From: Anaeramoeba ignava BMAN
Lineage: Eukaryota > Protista > Anaeramoebae
Assembly: GCA_028826165.1 (NCBI GenBank)
Contig: JAPDFW010000033.1
Coordinates: forward strand, 186,001-250,000
Length of the DNA stretch: 64,000 bases
Direction: 5' to 3'
Below are positions 38,604 to 50,103 of this stretch, one piece after another; within the stretch, counting starts at the first letter, position 1, and every line of letters starts with the position of its first letter. The position numbers and the translations under genes were made by a program. The notes under the pieces are model-generated. The model ran no database searches. It was given only the letters and a program-made list of their open reading frames with translations, and was not told the origin of the DNA.

Positions 38604-38939
38604 TTAAAGAATGTTGCATGCTTTCTTTTGTGAAGGTTGAGAAACAACTTGATAATTTTGGTTAAATGAATTTTTTGTTGGAATTGCATCAGGTTCATTT
38701 GGATTAGCGTTATCTCCCCCTCTTGTAAGAACCAAATGAATTGTTGTTTTTTCTTGAATGCGATAATCTTGAAAAGTTTGATCATCTTGTAATGTGTTTC
38801 CTGCTAAAATGAATTTTTGTTGTGAAAATGGTATTCCTTGTGATTGTTCAAGTTCTTTTTTTAAATTTAAGATTGTATCTTGTGGTGAAACATCAAATGC
38901 AAATTGTTTTCCTGTTAATGTTTTAACAAAAATTTTCAT
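38604..38939 (-). CDS. Ubiquitin-like protein (75-aa Ub fold ending TRGG) with a 36-aa extension ending in CaaX (KKACNIL)
   Basis: MKIFVKTLTGK…GIP..QQ..I.AG..L.D…DY.IQ…HLVLTRGG aligns to ubiquitin with one gap near the C-terminus; intronless. Confidence 0.92.
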   Translation of the reverse strand: MKIFVKTLTGKQFAFDVSPQDTILNLKKELEQSQGIPFSQQKFILAGNTLQDDQTFQDYRIQEKTTIHLVLTRGGDNANPNEPDAIPTKNSFNQNYQVVSQPSQKKACNIL

Positions 38940-39374
38940 ATTTTAATAAAATAAAAAAATGAAAACAACAAAAATGAAAAAAAAATTTAATTTTTGTTCC
39001 CTTTTTTTGATTAGATTTTTAATTTTAAATTTAATTTAATTTTAAATTTAATTTTTGATTTAATTTTTGATTAAAATAATTTAATTTAAATAATTTAATT
39101 TAAATAATTTAATTTAAATATTTTGATTTAAATAATTTGATTTAAATAATTTAATTTAAATAATTTAATTTAAATATTTTGATTTAAATATTTTAATTTA
39201 AATATTTTGATTTAAATAATTTTAATTTAAATAATTTGATTTAAATATTTTGATTTAAATTTTTTGATTAAAATGTGGAAAATGAACGAAAAATTTTTTA
39301 AAATTTTTTCATTTTTTTTTTCGATTTTTTTTATTTATACCTTTTTCAGAAAATAAATTACAAAAACAATTAAA

Positions 39375-42300
39375 ATGAGCAAAAAAAACACACAAGAACT
39401 TTTCAACATTCTTTCACAATTTATCTCTACAACAAATCCAAATACTCAAGTAGTAAATGCAACAGGAACATCTAATTCAAATGAAGAAAGTAAAAGAAAA
39501 TTTTTCTTTCTCTATTAATTCTATTTACAAAAATAAATATAACTCCGTTTTCTTTTGTTATTTTTTTTAGATACATTTCAACTTGAAAATTTAACACAAA
39601 ATTTAACTTCATCTTTACAAAAAAAGTCTAATCAAAATCAAGAAACAAGTATAATAAATTAAAATCAAAATCAAAATCAAAATCAAATATTAAAATTAAA
39701 ATCAAAATCTAAATCAAAATCAAATATTAAAATTAAAATTAAAATTAAAATTAAAATTAAAATCAAAATTAAAATCAAAATCAAAAAATTAAAATCAAAA
39801 TCAAAATCAAAATCAAAATTAAAATCAAATCCAAAATCAAAATCAAAAATCAAAATTAAAATTAAAATTAAAATCAAAATCAAATATTAAAATCAAAATC
39901 AAAATCAAAATCAAAATCAAAATCAAAATTAAAATTAAAATTAAAATTAAATATTAAAATCAAAATTAAAATCAAAATTAAAATCAAAATTAAAATTAAA
40001 ATTAAATATTAAAATCAAAATCAAAATCAAAATTAAAATTAAAATCAAAATCAAAATCAAAATCAAAATTAAAATCAAAATTAAAATTAAAATTAAATAT
40101 TAAAATCAAAATCAAAATCAAATATTAAAATCAAAATCAAAATCAAAATCAAAATCAAAATCAAAATTAAAATTAAAATTAAAATCAAAATCAAAATCAA
40201 AATCAAAATAAATCAAAATCAAAATAAATCAAAATCAAAATTAAAATCAAAATCAAGAAACAAGTATAATAAATTAAAATAAAAATCAAAATTAAAATAA
40301 AAATCAAAATTAAAATTAAAATTAAAATCAAAATTAAAATTAAAATCAAAATCAAAATCAAAATCAAAATTAAAATCAAAATTAAAATTAAAATTATAAT
40401 TAAAATTAAAATTAAAATCAAAATCAAAATTAAAATTAAAATCAAAATTAAAATCAAAATCAAAATCAAAATTAAAATTAAAATTAAAATCAAAATCAAA
40501 ATCAAAATTTAGAAAAAGATACATGTCAAACACTTATCCAAAAATTAAATCATTTTTCACAAGATTCTAATTACTACAATAAAATTTTTAAAGATTTAAT
40601 AAATTTAAACTTAAAGAATGAATGTAAATTATATACAAAAAAAAAAGAAGGATAAAATCAAAATTCATTTTATTTATTTATTCAAAATTAAAATTTAAAA
40701 AACAAAGCAAACCAAAAAGAAATAAAAAAAATAAATGGTACTCAAATGATTATATCTAAAATGAATCAATTCATAAATGATAAAACTCTTCAAAATTCAG
40801 GAATTGAAATTTTGGAAAATCTTTCATTTGATAATCCAGGTAAAAAAAAAAGAATTTTTACTTCAGAAAATCAAAACAAATTGATTTAATTTCCTTTCTT
40901 TAAATAAATTTGAAAGAGAATCAACTTGAAATTGCAGAAGCTCAAGGAATTCAAACAATCAGTGAATCAATGAAAACATTCTTATTTGATATGAATATTC
41001 AATATTTGGGATGTCGAGCTTTAGAAAATATTTCTTCAAATCAAAGTAAATTTGCAACAATATAATATAAAAATAATTCCTTTTTTTTGTAATTCATTTA
41101 TAAATAATTAAGATAACTGTATTCAAATGAGAAAACAAAATGGAATTGATCGGATTCTTCAAACAATGAGAAATTTTTACAGTTCTCAAGATATTCAAGA
41201 AATTTCTTGTAGAATTTTAGGAAATGTTTGTTTTGATGAAAGTAAATATTTAAAATTCAAAAAATACTTAAAAAAGAGAAGTATAAAAAAAAAATCTTTT
41301 TAGATAATAAAATCGAAGTTAATAAACAAGAAGGAATCCAAAAAATTATCCAAGCAATGATTAATTATGAATATAATGAGAATATCCAAGAAAACTCATG
41401 TAGAGCTTTAAGAATTTTAGCTTATCATAATCCTTGTAGATAAATTCAATTATTATTTTTTCAATTCCTTTTATTGATTTTTCTTTTTCTTTTTTCAAAT
41501 CAAAAAGCAAACCAAGAAACCATCCGTTCAATAAAAGGGATTCAATTAATTATCAAAGCTATGAAACATTTTACAGGAAATGCGCACCTTCAATATTTTG
41601 GATGTGGAGCTTTGGGAAATATTGCAGAAGATGATTGTATTTTATATTAAAACAAATAATTCAAAAAAATAATATTATTAATTATCATAATAGCAAATCA
41701 ATTTACACATTTAGAGGAAATTGAAACAATTATTCACTTGTTAAAAAGATTACCAGATCATCAAGAAATTCTATTTCAAGGAATTGGAGCTATAGGAATT
41801 ATGGCTTCTAAAAGCTCAAGTAAATTAAAATCAAAATCAAAATCAAAATCAAAATAAAAATAAAATTAAAATCAAAATCAAAATCAAAATCAAAATCAAA
41901 ATCAAAATTTAAATCAAAATCTAAATCAAAATCAAAATTTAAAATTTAAATTAAAATCAAAATCAAAATCAAAATAAAAATCAAAATCAAAATCAAAATC
42001 AAAATCAAAATCAAAATCAAAATAAAAATCAAAATAAAAATCAAAATTAAAATTAAAATTAAAATCAAAATTTAAAATCAAAATTAAAATCAAAATCAAA
42101 ATTAAAATCAAAATCAAAATCAAAATTAAAATCAAAATTAAAATTAAAATTTAAATTTAAAAAAATCAAAATCAAAATCTAAAAAAATCAAAATCAAAAT
42201 CAAAATAAAAATCAAAATCAAAATCAAAATCAAAATCAAAATCAAAATCAATTTAAAAATCAAAATTAAAATCAAAATCAAAATTAAAATAAAAATCAAA

Positions 42301-45300
42301 ATTAAAATCAAAATTAAAAATTCAAATTAAAATAAAAATTGTAGTAAATCAAAATAAAATTAAAGAATTAAACGGAATTGAAATGATTATTAATACATTA
42401 AATAAATTTCCTTATAATATGGATGTAACAATGAATTGTTGTGGAGCTTTAGGTTTTCTTTCAGTAAAAAACAAAGGTAATTTTAACTTTTTCTTTAAAA
42501 TCCAAAATATTTAAATCCAAATTTTTAAATAGAAAATCAAAATAAAATTCGATGGTTAAAAGGAATTGAAGAAATTATTAAAGTTTCATTCAAATTTTCA
42601 AATAACTCACAATTTCAATCAATTTCTATTAATGCTTTATCCTATATTGCAAAGAAAAATGAAGGTAAATATCAAAATAATTAAGATTTGGGAATTTATT
42701 TATTCATTCCAAATAAAAATCAAAAGAAAATCAAAATAAGATTCGATATTCAAGAGGATTTGAGTTAGTTGTAAAAGCTATGAAAATGTATAAAGATATT
42801 CCAGAAGTGCAAGAGAATTCATCCAAATTTTTAAGCAAATTTCTTCAGAATAATTATGGTAAAAATAATAAAAATAATAAAAATAAGAAGAAGAATTATC
42901 ATAGATATTAAATTCAAAAATATCAAGAAAATCAAATTTCTACTCAAATCAAAGAAGTAATCCAATGTGTTATTGAAGCAATGAAAAATTTCCCTAATAA
43001 CCAACAAATTCAACTTTATGGATGTGCTACTTTGATGTACTGTGGAATAAATAATGGTAAATTTCAAACAAAAACAAAAACAAAAACAAAAAATTATCTT
43101 TAATTAACTAACTTTGATTTTTTTTTCATTCCAAAAAAAAAAAAAGAAAATGAAAAAATTATTACGAAATCAAAAGGAATTAAAACAGTTATTTTCTCCT
43201 TGAACAATTTCCCAAATGATCCTAAACTTCAATATTATGGATGTAGAATTTTTTTTAATCATGTTTATAATAATGGTAAGCTAAAATTAAAATTCAAATA
43301 CAAAATCAAACATGAAATGATTTGTTTTATTAAAATTTTAAATTAGAAGGATTAATTTCTGGAAATAAAACAGAACAAATTGAAACAATTATTAAAACAA
43401 TGGCTAGATTTCCAAATTATGAGAAGCTTCAACTCCAATGTTGCTCTATTTTATTGAATTTTTCTATTGATATTTGTAATAATCCAAAAATATAAAATTA
43501 AAATCCAAAAATTTTATAAAAAAAAAACATTTAGCAATTCAAAGAAAAATAGGAAATTTAGAAGGAATTGAATTAATTATTAAATCAATGAACAATTTCC
43601 CAAATAACCAACATATTCAAGAAAATGGAAATGGAGCTTTATTGAATATTTCTTTTAATAATGAAGGTAAAAACAATAAAACTATTTGGAAAATCAAAAC
43701 AATAGATTTAGGAAATAAATTTTTTTAGAAAATCAAAGAAAAATAGGAAATTTAGAAGGAATTGAAACAATTATTAAATCAATGAACAATTTCCCAAATA
43801 ACCAGCATATTCAAGAAAATGGAAATGGAGCTTTATTGAATATTTCTTTTAATAATGAAGGTAAAAACAATAAAACTATTTGGACAATCAAAACAATAGA
43901 TTTAGGAAATTAATAATCAAAATTTATATAATAATTTAAAAGAAAATCAAAAAGAAATTGGAAAATTGAAAGGAATTGAAACAATTATTAAATCAATGAA
44001 TAGTTTCCCAAATAATCAAGAAATTCAATATCAAGGATGTGGAGCCTTATTGAATATTGCTTTTAATAATGAAGGTAAAAATAATAAAACTATTTGGAAA
44101 ATCAAAACAATAGATTTAGGAAATTAATAATCAAAATTTATATAATAATTTAAAAGAAAATCAAAAAGAAATTGGAAAATTGAAAGGAATTGAAACAATT
44201 ATTAAATCAATGAACAATTTCCCAAATAACCAACATATTCAAGAAAATGGAAATGGAGCCTTACTGAATATTGCTTTTAATAATGAAGGTAAAAACAATA
44301 AAACTATTTGGAAAATCAAAACAATAGATTTAGGAAATTAATAATCAAAATTTATATAATAATTTAAAAGAAAATCAAAAAGAAATTGGAGAATTGAAAG
44401 GAATTGAAGCAATTATTAAATCAATGAATAGTTTCCCAAATAATAAAGAAATTCAATCCCAAGGATGTGGAGCCTTATGGAGTATTTCTTCTATCAATAT
44501 TGGTAAAAAAAATAAATTCAAAATCAAAATCAAAAAAAATATGAATTAATTTCTTAATTTAAAAATTACAAAATTGAAAAGAAAATCAAGAAGAAATTTT
44601 GAGATTAAAAGGAGTTGAAACGATTATTAAATTAATGGATAATTTTCCAGATAATCAAGAAATACAAGAAAATGGATTTGGTATTTTAGCAACTATTTCT
44701 TATGAAAACAAAGGTAATTTTATTTGAAATTTAATTTTTAAACAAAATTCAAAAATCAAAAAATTCAAATAAACAATCCAAAATTCAGAATTTTTTGGAG
44801 ATCAAGAAATTGAAAAAGCGATCATCAAAACAATGGAAAAATTTTCAATCAATCAGACTATTTTATATAAAGGATGTGAATTTTTAAGAAATATTTCATT
44901 CAATAATAGTAAAAATTAAAATTAAAATTAAAATTAAAATTAAAATTAAAATTTAAAAAATCAAAATCAGAGAAACAAAATGAAATTAGGAATTCTAAAG
45001 GAATTGAAACAATCATTAAAATAATGAATGATTTTTCTGAGAATAAAGAAATTCAAAAGAAAGCATTTACTGCTTTATTGAATATTTCATTTCAGAATAA
45101 ACGTATTTATAATTAAAAATTAAAATTAAAATTATATTTAAAAATTAAAATTAAAACAAACAAAACAAAAGAAAATAAAAAAGAGATATTTGAATTGAAA
45201 GGAATTGAAACAGTTATTAATACAATGATTAAATTTGAAAATGATGAGAAAATTCAAGTAAAGGGATGTGAATTATTAACAATTCTCTCATTTAATGAAC

Positions 45301-48300
45301 AAGGTAAATATTCAGAATGAAAAAATCAAAAATCAAATTTAAATCCAAATTTAAAATTTAAAAAAAAAAAAGATATTCAGAAAGAAATTAAAAATATGAA
45401 AGGATTCGAAATTATTATCAAAATAATGAACAATTTCCCAGCAAATGAAGATATTATAGAAAGAGCGTGTGGGTTATTAAGGAATATTTCTTTAAATTTA
45501 TTAAGATTTAAAGGTAAATTTGAATTATTTTTAAAATTTATCCAAAAATTAAGTTTTTGTTTTTTTTGAAAAAGAAAGTGAAAAAGAAGATAATCTTGGT
45601 ATTCTAAAAATGAAAGAAATTGGAATAGTTATTAAAGCAATGAATATTTTTTTGGATAATCCAATTATTCAAGAAAATGGATGTGCAATTTTAAGTGTTA
45701 TTGCAGATAATGATGGTAAAACTATTAAAAAAAAAAAGTCTAAAAATAGAAAATCAAAAAAATAAATTATGGTATTTAAATTAAAAATCAAAGAGTATCG
45801 AAAAGAAATATGTGAATTGAAAGGAATTGGAAGAATTATTGAAACAATGAATAAATTTTTAGATAAAATGGAAATTCAATATCAAGGATGTTTATGTTTA
45901 TCCAATATTGGATTCAATAGCAAAGGTAATCAAAATCAAAATCAAAATCAAAATCAAAATCAAAATCAAAATCAAAATTAAATTTAAATCAAAATTCAAA
46001 TAGAAAATCAAAGAAAAATTGGAAAAATGAAAGGAATTGAAGCAATTTTGACAGCAATGAATAATTTTTCAGATCGAATAGAAATACAATTTCAAGGTTT
46101 TAGAGCTTTAGCAAATCTTGCATTTAACAAAAGTAAACAAAATCAAATTCAAATTCAAATTCAAAATCAAAATCAAAATCAAAATCAAAATTAAAATCAA
46201 AATCAAAATCAAAATTAAAATCAAAAATCAAAAATCAAAAATCAAAATTAAAATCAAAATCAAATTCAAATTCAAATTCAAAATCAAAATCAAAAGGAAA
46301 TCAAAGAAAAATTAGAGAAATGAAAGGAATTGAAACAATTTTCAAAGCAATGAATAATTTTTCAGAAAATGAACAAATTCAAGAAAAAGGAATTAAAGCT
46401 TTAATGAACATTGCATATGAAGAAGGTAAATAAAGATTTAGAGATTATCAAATAAAAACATTTCCTTTTTTTAAAAAAAAAATAAATAAAAATAAAACAG
46501 AAAATGGAAATAAAATAACTGAAATGAATGGAATAGAAATAATAATTCAAACAATGGAGAATTTTTCAAATAATGAAAAAATTCAAGAAAATGGATTAGG
46601 ATTAATGCTTAATATTTTATCATTTAATAATGAAGGTGTGTTATTTTTCTTTAAAAAAAAAAAATCCAAAAACAAATTAAAAGAAAGATTAATTTATAAA
46701 AAAAAAGAAAAGCAAAAGCATTTTGATGAAAGTTATGGAATTGATATTATTCTGAAACTAATGCGAAAATTTATAAATAATGAAGAATTTCAAGAAACTG
46801 GATGTGCAATTTTTATGAATATCTTATTTGATATTAATGGTAAAAATTCAAAATCAAAATCAAAATCAAAATTCAAAATCAAAATCAAAATCAAAATTTA
46901 AAATCAAAATCAAAATCAAAATCAAAAATCAAAAATCAAAAATCAAATTCAAAATCAAAATTCAAAATCAAAATCAAATTCAAAATCAAAATTCAAAATC
47001 AAAATCAAAATCAAAATCAAAATTCAAAATCAAAATCAAAATCAAAATCAAAATCAAAATCAAAATCAAAATCAAAATCAAAATCAAAATCAAAATCAAA
47101 ATCAAAATCAAAATCAAAATCAAAATTCAAAATCAAAATCAAATTCAAAATCAAAATCAAAATCAAAATTCAAAATCAAAATTCAAAATCAAAATCAAAA
47201 TCAAAATCAAAATCAAAATAAAAATAAAAATCAAAATCAAATTCAAAATCAAAAGAAAGTAAAGAAGCAAAAGGAGTTGAAACAATAATTTTAGCAATGA
47301 ATAGATTTCCAGAAAATAAAGAAATTCAAGAAAATGGATGTGGAGCATTGTGGAATATTGCATTTAATGAAAGTAAAAAACAAAAAACAAACAACAAAAA
47401 ATTTAAAAAGTGGAACTGAATTTTTTCTTTAAAAAAATGATAGAAAATAATGAAAAAATATCTGAAATGAATGGAATTTCAACAATTATTCAAACAATGA
47501 ATGAATTTGAAAATAATCCAAATATTCAATATCAAGGATTAAGAGCTTTATGGAATATTTCTGTTAATGATAGTAAAATCAAAATCAAATTAAAATCAAA
47601 ATCAAAATCAAAATCAAAATCAAAATTAAATTCAAAATCAAAATTAAATTCAAAATCAAAATTAAATTTAAAATAAAAATCAAATAGAAAATAAAACTAT
47701 AATTGCAGAATTGGATGGAACTAAAAAAATTATTCGAACAATGAGAAGATTTCCAAAAGATGAAATTATTCAAGTAACTGGATCTGGAGTATTAAGAAAT
47801 ATTATTGTTGAAAAAAGTAAATTAAAATATTAAATAAGATTTCCCTTTTATTAAATGAAAAATTATTAATCAAAAATAAATAGAAAATCAAGAGAAAATT
47901 GAAAAAATCAAAGGAATTCAAACAATTATTAATTTAATGAAAAACTTTCCAATAAATGAAAAAATTCAAGAAAATGGATGTGGGATATTATGCAATATTT
48001 TAGTTAATAAAAGTAAGAAATATCAATTTATTTTCTGTTTTTTTTATAAAATGGAAAGAGTTTTTAAAATCCAAAATTTTTTAATTTAGCAAATCAAAAA
48101 ACAATAAGAGAATTGAAAGGAATTCAAATAATTACTCAAGGAATGAAAGAGTTTCCAAAAAATCAAGTAATTCAAGAAAGTGGATGTAGATCTTTATGGA
48201 TTATGTCTTTTAGTACAAGTATTTAATAAAATTAAAATCAAAATCAAAATCAAAATCAAAATAATAATTTCCAAAAAAAAAAACCAAAAGAAAATAAAGA

Positions 48301-49969
48301 AGAAATTCAAAAATTGAATAGAGTTGAAATCATTATTAAAGCAATGGATAATTTTTCATCAAATGAGAAAATTCAAGAATATGGATGTGGAATTTTATGG
48401 AATATTTTATTTGAAATTTATCAAACTCAAAATGAAAATGAAAATGAAAATGAAAATGAAAATCAAACTCAAAATAAAATTGAAAATGAAAATCAAACTC
48501 AAAATCAAACTGAAACTCAAACTCAAAATGAAAATCAAAATGAAAATCAAAATGAAAATCAAAATCAAAATCAAAATCAAAATGAAACTCAAAATCAAAC
48601 TCAAACTCCAAATCAAAATCAAAATGAAAATCAAAATCAAAATCAAAATCAAAATCAAAATGAAAATGAAAATAAAAATCAAACTCAAACTCAAACTCAA
48701 ACTCAAACTCAAACTCAAAATCAAAATCAAAATCAAAAACTCAAACTCAAACTCAAACTCAAAATCAAACTCAAACTCAAAATCAAACTCAAAATCAAAA
48801 TCAAACTCAAACTCAAAATCAAAATAAAACTGAAAATCAAAATCAAAATCAAAATCAAAATCAAAATCAAAATCAAAATCAAAATCAAAATCAAACTCAA
48901 ACTCAAACTCAAACTCAAAATCAAACTCAAAATCAAACTCAAAATCAAACTCAAAATCAAAATCAAACTGAAAATGAAAATGAAAATGAAAATCAAACTG
49001 AAACTCAAACTCCAAATCAAACTCAAACTCAAACTCAAACTCAAACTCAAACTCAAACTCAAACTCAAACTCAAACTCCAAATAAAATTGAAAATGAAAA
49101 TGAAAATGAAAATGAAACTATTAAAATTAAAGGAATTCAAATAATTATTAATGCAATGAATAATTTTTCTTCAAATGTGAATATCCAAAGTAGTGGATGT
49201 GGGATTTTATGGAATAATTCATTTGATGAAGGTAAATAATCAAAAATCAAAAATCAAAAATCAAAAATCAAAAATCAAAATTAAATTCAAATCCAAAAAA
49301 ATAAAGTAAGTATCAAATTAATTGTTGAAATGAAAGCAATCGAAATAATTATTCAAGCAATGAAAACATTTGAGAGTCACCAAAATATTCAAAAGAAAGG
49401 ATGTGGAAGTTTATGGAATATTGGAGTTAATAATTATGGTAAATTAAATTTTGAATTTTTTAAAAATTATCAACAAAATTTATTATTAAAAACAAATTCC
49501 AAAAACAAATTCCAAAAACAAAACAAAAAAACAAAACAAAAAAACAAAAGAATATCAAACAAAAATTCGAGAATTAAAAGGAATTGAAATTGTTGTTCAA
49601 ATAATGAAAAAATTTCCTGAAAATGAAGAAATTCAATATTTTGGATGTGGAACTTTATGGGTTCTTTCTTTTAATAATGAAGGTATTATCCAAAAATTAA
49701 AATCAAATTCAAAATCAAAATCAAAATCAAAATTAAAATCAAAATCAAAATCAAAATCAAAATTAAAATCAAAATCAAAATCAAAATTAAAATTAAAATA
49801 AAAATGAAAATCAAAATTAAATTTAAAAATAAAATCAAAATAAATAGAGAACAAAAATCTAATCAAAAATTTAGGAGCATTTGAATTAATAAAAAATTTA
49901 GAAACAAACTTTCCAAATTATCAAGAACTTCACAAATTAGCAAATAATTCTTTAAAAATTTTAAAATGA
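39375..49969 (+). CDS. Large armadillo-repeat protein (Aardvark/LRRK2-N-terminal type), ~40 exons with ~36 single-repeat exons
   Basis: Recurrent 129-135-nt exons encoding ENQxxIxxLKGIExIIxxMxxFPxNxxIQxxGCGALxNIxxNN bounded by phase-1 GT-AG introns (e.g. 43535-43666, 43729-43860, 43943-44074). ATG at 39375, TGA at 49967-49969. Confidence 0.85.
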
Positions 49970-50103
49970 ATCTTTGAAATGAATTTTATTTACTTTTTTC
50001 TTCATTTTTTTTTTTATTATTCATTTTTTTTTTAAAGAATTCTAAATAAAAATTTCAAATTATTTTTTTTTCATTTTTTTCATTTTTTCTCATTTTTTTT
50101 TAA

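Noticed and set aside
43535-44502. Regularly spaced repeats resembling a CRISPR array
   Set aside because: Units are whole exon-intron duplications with GT-AG boundaries in a eukaryotic gene; no unique spacers or cas genes.
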